DNA of 61,239 bases, the filler included. It is 7 parts of 7 records of this genome, joined end to end, with 100 filler letters (N's around TTAATTAATTAA, not from the genome) between each part and the next. Parts side by side here need not be neighbours in the genome. Positions count along the whole stretch, not along the records: positions 1 to 7,278 come from SRR31147125_76125; positions 7,379 to 21,133 come from SRR31147125_76203; 5 more parts are not named here. One strand, given 5' to 3'. Below, in pieces: positions 1-10,565 of the stretch (its first letter is position 1; every line of letters starts with the position of its first letter). The translations under genes were made by a program, and so were the position numbers. The notes beneath the pieces are model-generated. The model was not told where the DNA came from, made no database searches, and saw only the letters and a program-made list of their open reading frames with translations.

Positions 1-2
1 AA

Positions 3-998
3 AAAGTCATCGAAATCACGGATCAGATTAAAAAGAAATTCAAGTCAGGTGGACCCAAAAGTTTTATGCCACTGGTCATTGTGATTGCCGTAATCGCCAT
101 CGTGATCGGCGGCTATAGCAGCATGTATGAGGTCGACACGGAAGAAACCGGTGTCGTCCTTCGGTTCGGAAAATTTGCCGGATTTTCTGAGCCTGGACTT
201 CACTTCAAGATGCCTTTCGGAATCGATCAAGTCTATCTGGTACCAACCGGCCGTGTCTTGAAAGAAGAATTCGGCTACCGTACCGTCAATCCCGGCGTCC
301 GCACCACTTACAGTAAACGTGGTCTGGAAGAGGAATCGTTGACCCTGACGGGTGACCTGAACGTCAGTGACGTTGAGTGGATCGTTCAATTCCAGGTGGC
401 GGATCCGTTCAAGTACATTTTCCGGATCAAAGACCCGGTCGGAACTGTTCGCGACATTTCTGAAGCGATGGTCCGAAAAGCAATCGGCAACGCGGACGTC
501 ACCCAGGTTCTAACCACGGAGCGGCTGTCGCTGGCCAACACCATTCAACAGAGCTTGCAGGCGACCCTGAATCAGTACGATATCGGAGTCCGTATCGTCA
601 CCGTAAAGTTTCAGGACGTCAATCCGCCGGATGCGGTCAAAGACGCCTTTAACGAGGTTAACGAATCGGAACAGCAGAAGGAAAGTCTGATCTTCCAGGC
701 GCGCGAACAGTTCAACCGTGAAGTTCCGCGTGCGCGCGGTGAAGCCAAGCGAGCCCTTCAAGAGGCTGAAGGTTACCGTGTTGAACGGATCAACAAAGCT
801 CGCGGTGAAACAAACCGCTTCCTCGCTCTGCTGACGGAGTACAGAAAAGCACCGGAAGTCACCCGCCGCCGGATCCATATCGAAACCATGGAAGAGATTC
901 TTCCGAACCTGGACGAAACCTACATCATGGACGATCAGAATGGAGGGCTGCTGCCGTTCCTCCCCCTGCGTAAAACCACGGAAGGAGCGGTCAAATGA
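3..998 (+). CDS. hflK: FtsH protease modulator HflK (5' truncated by window edge)
   Basis: SPFH/band-7 domain after one TM segment (GVVLRFGK...PGLHFKMPFGID, VKDAFNEVN, PRARGEA). The frame is open back to position 3. Overlaps hflC. Confidence 0.93.
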   Translation, partial: KVIEITDQIKKKFKSGGPKSFMPLVIVIAVIAIVIGGYSSMYEVDTEETGVVLRFGKFAGFSEPGLHFKMPFGIDQVYLVPTGRVLKEEFGYRTVNPGVRTTYSKRGLEEESLTLTGDLNVSDVEWIVQFQVADPFKYIFRIKDPVGTVRDISEAMVRKAIGNADVTQVLTTERLSLANTIQQSLQATLNQYDIGVRIVTVKFQDVNPPDAVKDAFNEVNESEQQKESLIFQAREQFNREVPRARGEAKRALQEAEGYRVERINKARGETNRFLALLTEYRKAPEVTRRRIHIETMEEILPNLDETYIMDDQNGGLLPFLPLRKTTEGAVK

Positions 999-1918
999 AA
1001 AACGGTCTCCTCTTTATTGTCGTTATTGCCGTCATCCTGCTGAGTCAGGGTGGCATCTATGTTGTTAATGAAGCCGAGCAGGCAATCGTCACCCAGTTCG
1101 GTAAGCCGGTCAGCGGTGTTGTGCCGCCCGGACTGCACTTTAAAATGCCTTTTATTCACGACGTCAACCGCTTTGAAAACCGGATTTTGAAGTGGGACGG
1201 CGATCCGAACCAGATCCCGACCAAAGATAAGAAGTTCATCTGGGTTGATACCACAGCACGCTGGCGCATCACCGATCCGCTGCTGTTTTTCAAAACAGTT
1301 GCCACCGAACGTGGTGCGCACAGCCGCCTTGACGATATCGTCGACTCCGTGGTCCGCGATGCGGTCTCCGGACACCTTCTGGTGGAACTGGTTCGTGGCA
1401 ATGACTACGAAGCTCAGGGTGATGAACGCTTTGAAGTGGACGGCGTTGAAATCAAGCCGGAGGACATGCGCGGCCGCGAAGAGATTCTGGCCGGCATCCT
1501 CAACAAAGCCAGTTCCAGCACCCCTGAATACGGGATTGAGCTGCTTGACGTTCAGATTAAACGGATCAACTATGTCGAGCAGGTTCGAACCCGTGTTTAT
1601 GAGCGGATGATCAACGAACGGAAAAAAGTGGCGGCCCAATATCGCTCTGAGGGTGAAGGTGAAAAAGCCGAGACCCTTGGAAAGATGCAGCGGGAGCTGA
1701 AAGAAATCAGCTCAGAGGCTTACCGGAAAGCACTTGAAGTTCGCGGTTCCGCTGATGCTGAAGCCGCCGCCATCTACGCTGAGGCCTACAATCAGGACAA
1801 AGAGTTCTACACTTTCCTCAGAACTCTGGAATCGTACAAGAAGACGATCAAGGGCAACGGTAAGATGGTCATCTCAACCGAGGCCGATTACTACAAATAC
1901 CTGAAACAAGCCAAATAG
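995..1918 (+). CDS. hflC: FtsH protease modulator HflC
   Basis: EQAIVTQFGKP, PGLHFKMPFI, VYERMINER, FYTFLRTLESY. ATGA overlap with hflK. Confidence 0.93.
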   Translation: MKNGLLFIVVIAVILLSQGGIYVVNEAEQAIVTQFGKPVSGVVPPGLHFKMPFIHDVNRFENRILKWDGDPNQIPTKDKKFIWVDTTARWRITDPLLFFKTVATERGAHSRLDDIVDSVVRDAVSGHLLVELVRGNDYEAQGDERFEVDGVEIKPEDMRGREEILAGILNKASSSTPEYGIELLDVQIKRINYVEQVRTRVYERMINERKKVAAQYRSEGEGEKAETLGKMQRELKEISSEAYRKALEVRGSADAEAAAIYAEAYNQDKEFYTFLRTLESYKKTIKGNGKMVISTEADYYKYLKQAK

Positions 1919-1932
1919 AACATTGCTCACGC

Positions 1933-1962
1933 AAAAGCCCCCGAGATTTCGGGGGCTTTTTT
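1933..1962 (+). terminator. Rho-independent terminator after hflKC
   Basis: AAAAGCCCCCGA-GATT-TCGGGGGCTTTT followed by further T residues. Confidence 0.9.
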
Positions 1963-2104
1963 ATGCACGTCCTGCGGCGACAACCCATCGGCGTTGAGAT
2001 TCAGTCACTAGAAACCTTCAAGCATCCCCTCCCATTCTTATGACAAAGCCGCTGTTGGATCAAAATAATGAAGAGCCTTAGACTGCGATAAAGCAGGAGA
2101 ACTC

Positions 2105-2515
2105 ATGACCATCTGGATCAAAGAGCTATTGAAAAACCTGGATGCTCACACTGATGAGGCCACCCGGAAAGCCATCATGGAACCGTGCGGAGAAAGGTGC
2201 CCCTTCACTCATCTGACCGATGATAGGCTCCTGAAGATCAAAGAAGAATCACGCACTGAAGAGGATTTTCTCAAAGGGTTGTGTGAGCAATGGTATCTGA
2301 AAAAAGAGGCCGGGCAGTATTATGTCGTATTCGATCAATGCTACTGCCCGCTGGTCAATGAGGATCTGGAGGGCGTGTCAGCGACTCTCTGCTTCTGCAC
2401 ACTCGGGAGCATTAAGCATAAACTCAGAACCGGGCTCGGCAGGGATGTCGACGTGGACCTTCAATCCTCAATTCTGGCAGGCGATAAAGAATGCCGCTTT
2501 CATGTTAAACTGTAA
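2105..2515 (+). CDS. Cys-rich hypothetical protein (DUF6144/V4R-like)
   Basis: AGGAGA RBS. CGERC, CYCP, CFCT and ECRF pattern typical of this small metal-binding family. Confidence 0.65.
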   Translation: MTIWIKELLKNLDAHTDEATRKAIMEPCGERCPFTHLTDDRLLKIKEESRTEEDFLKGLCEQWYLKKEAGQYYVVFDQCYCPLVNEDLEGVSATLCFCTLGSIKHKLRTGLGRDVDVDLQSSILAGDKECRFHVKL

Positions 2516-2573
2516 AGACTCCGCGATCCCGGTGGTTTGAAAAGATCAAAGTCACAGGAAGGAGGATTCACTC

Positions 2574-2762
2574 ATGGGAAAAACGCTGACACAATGGATC
2601 AAAAAGTGCTTTCGCAGAGAAGCGAGCGCGTTTACCTTCGAACCGGTCGAGCACCGGATGGCGCCCGATCCTGTTCTTCCGAAGAGCATGATGGAGGCCA
2701 TGGCTCCGGCGTATGAAGAGGAGCTGGCCGAACAGGAAGAGAAAAAAGATCCATCGCCTTAA
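2574..2762 (+). CDS. small hypothetical protein
   Basis: AGGAGG RBS upstream of the ATG. 62 aa with an acidic C-terminus and no recognisable domain. Confidence 0.45.
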   Translation: MGKTLTQWIKKCFRREASAFTFEPVEHRMAPDPVLPKSMMEAMAPAYEEELAEQEEKKDPSP

Positions 2763-2796
2763 CTCACCGAGGGGCTCCCAGGCAATACCCTGACTT

Positions 2797-4570
2797 TCAC
2801 AGAGGCCAGAAGATTAGGATCATCGGGATGCTTACGAGCACCACCAGAATTTCCAGCGGTAACCCCATCCGCCAGTAATCGCCGAATTTATATCCTCCGG
2901 GCCCCATGATAATCGTATTGTTCTTATGACCAATCGGCGTCAAAAAGGCACAAGATGCAGCGACGGCAACCGCCATCAGAAAAGAATCGGGATTGGCGTC
3001 AAGTCGCTGGGCGATATCAACACCGATCGGTGCCGCAATCAACGCGGTCGCCACATTGTTCAGCACATCTGAAAGAGTCATCGTCACCAGCATCAGAATC
3101 GTCAGAACCGCAACCGTCGGCATCCCCGCTGTCCAGTCAACAATAGCATTCGCCACCAGGGTTGTCCCGCCACTGCTTTCCAGAGCTGCACCGATCGGGA
3201 TCATTGAACCGAGCAGGACGATGACAGGCCATTCAACAGACTCATAAACTTGCGAAAGCGGCACAATCTTCAGTGCCACATAAGCGACCACTACGGCGGC
3301 CAGAGCCAATGGCAGATAAACCAGCCCAAAGCTGGCACAGAGGATTGCAGCGGCAAAAATGGCCACGGCGCTTCCGGCTTTGCTGCGTTGGACTATTTCC
3401 AGACCACGTTCAGCCAGAGGCAAACAGCCGAGCCAGTCAACGACATCCGGGAGCTGATCTTCCGGACCGAGAAGAAGCAGGATATCACCGGCCATGACCT
3501 TTTCCCGGCGCAACTGTTCGCGAATCCGCCTCCCCTTGCGAGAAATTCCGAGCAGTGTGACATTGCGGCGGTGAAGCAGGCGAACCTCCATCGCTGAACG
3601 ACCATCAATCATGGCCCCTTTTGGAACCACCACTTCGACCATATTGACGGTGTCGGCGAGAATACTGTCATGCTTTTCCGCGCCGACGTGCTCCAGGTTC
3701 GCGGCCCCGACAAACTGATCAATGGCGTCCGGGTGGCCTTCGACCACAATCAGATCATTTTTATTCAGGACTTGCCGACGCGCAGATCCAGGAAGCCGCT
3801 TTCCACGCCGGACCAGGCCGACAATATTAACATCACTCTCTTCCGCGAAGGGATCGAGGTCCTTGAGAGCCAACCCCACAGAGCTCGATTTTTCAGAGAC
3901 CTTGGCATTGGAGACAAAATCCTGAAAATCTCCCAATTCCTTCAGCATATCGTGCTGACTCCGCTCCACCGGAATCAGGCGCCAGCCGATGAAAGAGATA
4001 AACAGGACACCGACAAGCGCAACGATCAACCCGACCGGAGCAAAGTCAAACATGCCATACGGCTCCCCCAGAGCCGTTTCACGGAACGTCGCAATGACAA
4101 TATTGGGGGGCGTCCCGATCAGAGTCACCATCCCGCCCAGAATCGACGCAAAAGAGAGTGGCATCAGGGTCTGTGCGGCACTTCTTTTGGCTCGCTGAGC
4201 CGCCTGCATGTCAACCGGCATCAGCAACGCCAGGGCAGCGACATTGTTCATAATGCTTGAGAGGGTTGCGGAGATGGCCGCCATGACCCCGATATGACCG
4301 GGCAGGCTGCGAGACGAATCGACGATCTTACGCGCCAGCATTTCAATGGCCCCCGAACGGGAGAGCCCGGCTGACAATCAGAACCAGTGCAATGATGATC
4401 ACGGCTGGATGGCCAAAGCCTGAAAACACCTGGTCTTTAGGGATGACTCCACTCAGAAAAGCGATGACCAGTGCGGCAAAAGCCGTCACGTCATAACGCA
4501 CCTTGCCCCAGATGAGGAAAATAAAAATCAGGGCGATAAGAATAAAAAGAATCGCTTGGTCAGAGGTCAT
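2797..4570 (-). CDS. SLC13/DASS family permease with TrkA-C domains (frameshift near 4366)
   Basis: ORFs 4343-4570 and 2797-4377 join as LIVSRGLSRSGAIE if one G is restored. Motifs GGMVTLIGTPPNI and FLTPIGHKNN. Confidence 0.88.
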
Positions 4571-4752
4571 GGTTATTGATTGTAGCAGATAGCGAGAAAA
4601 AAGCTGTCTGAGGTCGAAACCAGCATCGTTTTATAATGCTTATCAAGCGTGTAAATGAAATGCTCGGCTTGGTTTCATTTTAGAAATGATACAAGACAAG
4701 GTGATGATCATATTGGCGGCAGATGGCGTTTTGTGAAGAGAAAGAGCGCTCT

Positions 4753-5257
4753 TTATCCCGCCTTGTCAACGAGAGGCGCAACCTCCTGGTTCAATTTCTC
4801 GGCAATAGACCGGGCAGCATCCATCTGCAACCGCTCCAAATCGATTGGGATGCCGAAGCGGGACATGTCGAGATGGTCGGCATCCCAGCACACCCGAACC
4901 GTATAATCGGGATGAGCCCCCTTCGATATGCCCGTAACAGGCCTCGATCAGTAACTGAAGCTGCTCCGGTTCAATCGTGAACAGGTCGCCCTGCAAGGAC
5001 GAAATCAGCTGAGCGGCCCGTGATCCATGCTCCGGATCAACACCATCTTCCAACCGTTCAACATCGTGAAGCAGGCTGAAAAGAAGCAGCACAACCCGAT
5101 CAATTTCTTTTCCTTCCATTGCCTGGATATCCAGACCGTTCTTCAGAACATTCTTCCAATGTCTGTGCCCGTTGACATTATGAAGATCCAGACGGAAACG
5201 CCTCAACGAATAGGCCGTCACTCTTTTCGACAGTTCAATCAATCCCCGATGTGACAT
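4753..5257 (-). CDS. HD-domain phosphohydrolase-like protein (frameshift in G-run near 4917-4921)
   Basis: HW...LLHD...DPEHG, then the alternate frame gives VCWDADHLDMSRFGI and a TAA at 4753-4755. Confidence 0.75.
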
Positions 5258-5278
5258 ACACCCTCCAGATCAGTCGAA

Positions 5279-5680
5279 TTATCCGCCCAGCTTTTCGCCC
5301 TGATCGATCCATTGATAGATTTCACTGATCGGGCTCGGCTTATGAAAAACATGGCAGTTCAAGCGCCTTGCGCTTTCCAGCTCAGAATCATCCCACGATC
5401 CTGAAATCAACGCTCTCTTCCTGACCGGCACAACGCAGGAGCCCTGATTCATCAGCGTCATAAACTCCAGACCTGTCATGCCGGGCATACGGTTATCACT
5501 GAGCATCAGATCAAAACCGGAACTCCATTCAGACGTTTTAAGATGGCTCCAGAGTCGTAGAAACTCGGTTGGGTTGGGAAAAGCACTGACCTCAAAATCG
5601 ACGGTTTCCAGAACATCTGTCAGCATCTCACGAATGATCGGATCATCCTCAAGCACCAACGCACGCCTTTTCTCCATCAT
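5279..5680 (-). CDS. single-domain response regulator receiver
   Basis: LVLEDD, SDNRMPGMTGLE and HKP motifs. GGAGG RBS before the ATG at 5680. Confidence 0.85.
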   Translation of the reverse strand: MMEKRRALVLEDDPIIREMLTDVLETVDFEVSAFPNPTEFLRLWSHLKTSEWSSGFDLMLSDNRMPGMTGLEFMTLMNQGSCVVPVRKRALISGSWDDSELESARRLNCHVFHKPSPISEIYQWIDQGEKLGG

Positions 5681-5775
5681 GAGCCCTCCAACAGCTGTCA
5701 ATCATCATCACTATGTATGCACTATACAGATAGGATCTGAAATTTATCTGACACCTGAAGGAGTGGAATGAATCC

Positions 5776-6027
5776 TCACGAGGTGCTAAAGGCACAGACC
5801 AACGATAAAGATTTTTCCGGTTTTTCCAGCCGCAACTGAACATCGCTGAGAGCGGTAAGGATCATCGCCCGATCATTGATCAGCACTTCAGTGCCGGCAG
5901 ACAGAATCAGGTCCCGGCTATCCCCCTCACACGTCAGCCAGCATCGACCACGGTTACAAACGACTCGATAATCCCTGAACAATTCACTCAGATCGATCAG
6001 CTCTCTCTTCCTTAATGACAGTTCCAT
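5776..6027 (-). CDS. DUF2917 family protein
   Basis: VVCNRGRCWLTCEGDSRDLIL signature. Divergent from a MocR regulator, the usual context. Confidence 0.8.
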   Translation of the reverse strand: MELSLRKRELIDLSELFRDYRVVCNRGRCWLTCEGDSRDLILSAGTEVLINDRAMILTALSDVQLRLEKPEKSLSLVCAFSTS

Positions 6028-6080
6028 AACAGCCTCCTCTTACTGTGTGACTTATTATGGAACGCCTTTACCAATCGTTC

Positions 6081-6140
6081 CAGATACAGGCGGACACAAT
6101 TGTATCCAACACAAAACAAACTGAACAAAACTGTACCCAT
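6081..6140. promoter_or_regulatory. candidate MocR operator sites between divergent DUF2917 and MocR genes
   Basis: GATACA (6083), near-palindrome GGACACAATTGTATCC (6092-6107) and direct repeats AAACTGAAC/AAACTGTAC (6118-6136). Confidence 0.5.
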
Positions 6141-6230
6141 TAATGTTACGCTCAACTGTGACTGTCAATAAATGAGGCCGCCTGTTAAAAACAAACAACG
6201 GATTGATGATAAAAGCCAAAGGAGAGCAGG

Positions 6231-7278
6231 ATGCAGCATTCAGCCGCTGTCGCGACGAAAAAAACACTCTACGAAACCGTCGCCGATCGGATCTCGTTCC
6301 TGATTGAACAGGGCACCCTGCGTCCCGGCGATCGGGTTCCATCAATCCGCACCCTCAGCAGGGAGATGCGGGTCAGCATCAACACGGTGAAAGAAGCGTA
6401 CGGCCAATTGGAGGACCGCCAGATGCTTGAAGCGCGTCCGCAGTCGGGCTTTTATGTCCGGGCTCAACTGCTTGATCTGCCGGCGGAGCCGACCTTCAAC
6501 CCCCAGAGCTGCAAAACCCGTCCGAGGTCAATCTGAGTGAAATCTACCAGATGATCATGCGTGATCACCTCGACTCGAACCTGCTGAAGCTGGGAATCTC
6601 CGTTCCCAACTGTGACCTGCTCCCGGTTGAAAAGGTCAACCGTATGCTGGCCCGGGAGATCAGACGCTTTCCAAATCAGGCGGTTTCCTACCAGCTTCCG
6701 CCCGGGAACCTGCGCCTGCGGCAACAGATTGCCCGACGCATGCTGCTCTCCGGCTGCACTCTCAGCCCAGACCAGATCGTCATCACCTCCGGCTGTGTTG
6801 AGGCGGTTAATCTGTCATTGCGCACCCTCTGCCGCCCCGGTGACACGGTCGCCATCGAAACCCCCTTTTACTTCAACTTCCTCCAGTTGATCGATGAGCT
6901 TGGGCTCAAAGCCCTTGAAATACCAACCTCCCCACGCGGAGGTATCAGCCTTGAAGCCCTCGATTACGCCCTTGAGCATAACAAGGATCAGGTCAAAGCC
7001 TGCCTGGTCATCTCAAATTTCAACAACCCGGTCGGCAGCAGCCTGTCAACGGAAGACAAACAAAAGCTCGTCGAACTACTCGACCACCATCAGGTGCCCC
7101 TGATCGAGGATGACATCTATGGCGACCTGGCGTTCAGTGACGAGCGACCCAAGGTGGCTAAAGCCTTTGATCGCAACGACAATGTTCTGCTCTGCTCGTC
7201 CTTCAGCAAAACCCTGGCGCCGGGCTACCGGGTCGGCTGGATAGCGGCCGGCCGCTATCAGGACGGCATCGAACGGCG
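6231..7278 (+). CDS. MocR/GntR-family PLP-dependent transcriptional regulator (frameshift near 6515, 3' truncated)
   Basis: GntR wHTH (LRPGDRVPSIR, VSINTV, RPQSGFYV) plus aminotransferase domain (IEDDIYGDL, SFSKTLAPGYRVGW). Confidence 0.9.
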
Positions 7279-7378
7279 NNNNNNNNNNNNNNNNNNNNNN
7301 NNNNNNNNNNNNNNNNNNNNNNTTAATTAATTAANNNNNNNNNNNNNNNNNNNNNNNNNNNNNNNNNNNNNNNNNNNN
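7279..7378. other. artificial contig spacer
   Basis: 100 nt of N flanking TTAATTAATTAA (stops in all six frames). Confidence 0.99.
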
Positions 7379-7508
7379 GGGTCACTATAAAAAAAACCAC
7401 ATCCAAAATAACCCGGATATTCTATAAAGTCTTTGCACCCTCAATGCTTTGATTCCGCATGAAACCTCTTTTTAGCCTGGCGAAAATATTTCAGTAAAAT
7501 CCATCTTC

Positions 7509-10340
7509 CTATTTATACTGAAATACCATTGCCCATATAATCAGGACAACCAGGCCGAAACCTAAAATAAGGAAAAAGAAACCAAAAATTCGGGACCAAA
7601 GAACCAGCCATTTCTTGGGCGGAGTACTATGCGTCAATTCATCCAGCTTGCCGGATTTTTTCAACAATTCATATTCACGCGGTCTTTCATGTTTCCATTC
7701 TGCATAGGGTACCTTACCCGTAAAAATAACCTGATCCATGGGAAATTTCTGCGGACGGAAATGCGTATTGAAAAAATGAATCGTAAAAATAAATCCGGTT
7801 GCTAACAACGCTTCATCACTGTGAATAATAGTCGCAACATTAATGAGATACCCAGGCATGATATAAGTAAAAAATTCAGGAAACCATAAAACAAGCCCGG
7901 TTGATCCAATGACTGCCACACCCCAGAAAACAGCAAAATAATCAAATTTTTCCCAATAAGTCCATCGGCCATATCTGGGAGCTTTTTTCCGGCCAAAAAA
8001 CCAGAGAATGGTCTGGTAAAACTCGACAAAATCACGTTTATTAGGTAACAATCCTTCCGAACTGAACATAAATTTCCAAATGCTTTTATTCTCTTTTTTT
8101 GCATTTTGATAGATATAGACAAAATGCAACCCAAAATAAAGAAAAGTGATAATTGCACAAAAACGATGAATGTCTCCAGCTGCCTCTACGCCTCCCATGA
8201 ATTTACTTATGGTGACAGCCCAATTATAATCAGCAAATTTAAGACTCATTCCTGTCAGAGCCAGCCCAAAAAAGCTGACAATAACCATAACATGTAAAAT
8301 TCGAGGGAAAAGCCCAAATCGCACCATGTATCGTCTTGGGTGCTTGGGCAGTTTTTTATGGAGTTCCACTCTCTCTCGTATCGATCGGGGGATCCATAAC
8401 AAGGTATGAAGTCCAAATACAGTAAAAACGCCGATAACCAGAAAAGTCATTGCCCAAAATGTATAAAACAAAGCAGGATACTTGTTACGATTATGGTGGG
8501 TCGCATGGGTTAGATATCCGGTAAATTTACGATTGGAATTCGGATGGCATGTCTTACACGTCTCAATGATATTTTGCCGACTCAAAGTTGAAGCTAATTC
8601 CGTGGGTGGTAAAATATTATGAGAGCCATGACAATCGGAACATTTAGCTGCTCTGGCAGAACCCAACTTGGATACTTTACCATGATAAGTCTCAAAATAA
8701 GTCTCGGTGACATCATCATGACACCCACCACATTGTGTTAAAATTTGATTTCTAAAATCACTTTTATCCACACGCTCTATTTCATGAGATCTATGACAAC
8801 TATTACAAGTTGGTAGCTTTTGGTCCGTTTGTGATACTGTTGGACTGTGGATCGAATTTTTAAACTCTTCATAAATTCCCAAATGACAACTGGCACATGT
8901 TTCTCCAACTTTTAAGGGATGAATACTTGAATTCGGATCCTTTGCAGGCAACGTCTTGTGAGCTTCGTGGCAATCACTGCAAACAGCAGAAACCATCAAT
9001 CCGCTTTCAAACAGTCCCTTACCATGAATACTCATGGTATAATGGGCAATAACTTGTGTTTCAGGTCCTTCGTACCTAACAGCCGCCTGTTCACCCTCAC
9101 GATGGCACATAGCACAAAGCGTTGGAAGATTACGGGGAAAAATGGGGGAAGCTAAATCCGATTTTGGTAATATATCATGCGTGCTGTGACAATTTGTGCA
9201 GGTAGGTGCATTCACATCTCCCTCTTGCAGCAATTGTCCATGGATACCTGAGAAAAAATCATCTGCTTCCCCAGCGTGACAGATAGAACAATCAACAGGC
9301 CCGGAATCCTTACAAATCGGTTTTCTTCTCCGACTGACATTGACATGGCATTTGACACAAGCGATATTTTGACTGTGAGCAGAATGTTGGATACTGCTTA
9401 GATCAACATAAAGCGAATCAGAAGTACTATCTGTTAATGTTCTTGTCAGGTTCTTATCCTGATGACACTCCATACAATAATGATCTGTAAATTCTTCGGC
9501 ATAAAAAACTCGACGAATTTTGTGCGGAGAGTGACAATCTACACAAGCCGGAATGATATGAGGCCGCTGCTCCCATAATTCACCACGAATGACTTTTTGA
9601 TGCACTCTCTCGATCTGAGCATGGCATTGCATACATGTTGCGGCAATATTGTTGCGGTTAATGGTTGAATTCGGATTGGTGTGTGGCAAAACATTATGAG
9701 AAGTGTGACAATTGGAGCAAACAGCTGTGACGGTTAATCCGCCCTGGAATAATCCTTCACCATGGATTGACATGGAATAATTTTTTACGATATCCTGCTG
9801 AGCTATTTTATGGCGTTTGGCTACGTCGCTATCTTCACGATGACACTGCCCACAGGTAGCAGGAATATTCATGACATAGGTAGGAGAATTCGGATCAGAA
9901 TGGTTTAAAATAGTATGTTTACCATGACAATCCACGCATGTCGGCGCATCAGGATCACCCTTTGCGGCAATTTGACCATGCGTGCTATTAACATGTTGCT
10001 CTCCCACTTCATCATGGCATATGGAACAGTCAACCTTTTCCAGGGGTGAGTCGTGTGGTAGCTCTTCAACATCGGCGTCAACGTGACATGAGACACAGCC
10101 GTTATCCTCATGCACAGTTCCTTTCAGGACACTTTCTTTTACAAAAAGGGATTTAACCTTTCCATCCACTTCACTGACCAAAGTGGCATCGGCATGACAA
10201 TCCAGGCACTCTTCATCCTCAATGGCCCATACAAATGGAAGCTGCAGATGAAATAAGACAAGGCAACTCAATATACAAAAGTAGACTAGAAAGGCGGAAT
10301 ACTTTTTACTCGTTTGCCAATTCTTTTTAACAAAAGACAT
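7509..10340 (-). CDS. 19-heme cytochrome c fused to a C-terminal di-heme cytochrome b (CbcL-like quinol:cytochrome c oxidoreductase)
   Basis: Signal peptide and 19 CxxCH counted. FdnI/HydC-like membrane domain (RILHVM, DIHRF, WEKFDYFAVFWG, IIHSDEALLA, IHFFNTH). Confidence 0.85.
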   Translation of the reverse strand: MSFVKKNWQTSKKYSAFLVYFCILSCLVLFHLQLPFVWAIEDEECLDCHADATLVSEVDGKVKSLFVKESVLKGTVHEDNGCVSCHVDADVEELPHDSPLEKVDCSICHDEVGEQHVNSTHGQIAAKGDPDAPTCVDCHGKHTILNHSDPNSPTYVMNIPATCGQCHREDSDVAKRHKIAQQDIVKNYSMSIHGEGLFQGGLTVTAVCSNCHTSHNVLPHTNPNSTINRNNIAATCMQCHAQIERVHQKVIRGELWEQRPHIIPACVDCHSPHKIRRVFYAEEFTDHYCMECHQDKNLTRTLTDSTSDSLYVDLSSIQHSAHSQNIACVKCHVNVSRRRKPICKDSGPVDCSICHAGEADDFFSGIHGQLLQEGDVNAPTCTNCHSTHDILPKSDLASPIFPRNLPTLCAMCHREGEQAAVRYEGPETQVIAHYTMSIHGKGLFESGLMVSAVCSDCHEAHKTLPAKDPNSSIHPLKVGETCASCHLGIYEEFKNSIHSPTVSQTDQKLPTCNSCHRSHEIERVDKSDFRNQILTQCGGCHDDVTETYFETYHGKVSKLGSARAAKCSDCHGSHNILPPTELASTLSRQNIIETCKTCHPNSNRKFTGYLTHATHHNRNKYPALFYTFWAMTFLVIGVFTVFGLHTLLWIPRSIRERVELHKKLPKHPRRYMVRFGLFPRILHVMVIVSFFGLALTGMSLKFADYNWAVTISKFMGGVEAAGDIHRFCAIITFLYFGLHFVYIYQNAKKENKSIWKFMFSSEGLLPNKRDFVEFYQTILWFFGRKKAPRYGRWTYWEKFDYFAVFWGVAVIGSTGLVLWFPEFFTYIMPGYLINVATIIHSDEALLATGFIFTIHFFNTHFRPQKFPMDQVIFTGKVPYAEWKHERPREYELLKKSGKLDELTHSTPPKKWLVLWSRIFGFFFLILGFGLVVLIIWAMVFQYK

Positions 10341-10565
10341 GGGCAGGGATCCTTTTATTGATAAATTCCTTATTACTATTTATTAATAGTGCTAGAATCG
10401 ATCAAATTTCTGTGGCCGTGGGCTTAAACGTGCTAGACCTCATAACCCATAGTACAAATAATATTTTCAAGAACAGTAAAAGTATCAATACCTGCCTTTA
10501 AATAACAAGTAAGACACTTTACAATTCATCGGGATCACATATCTAAAACATTCTTCGATCATCAC

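Noticed and set aside
7323-7334. TTAATTAATTAA repeated six times in the window
   Set aside because: Always centred in N-runs. It is an artificial six-frame-stop linker, not a biological repeat or CRISPR.
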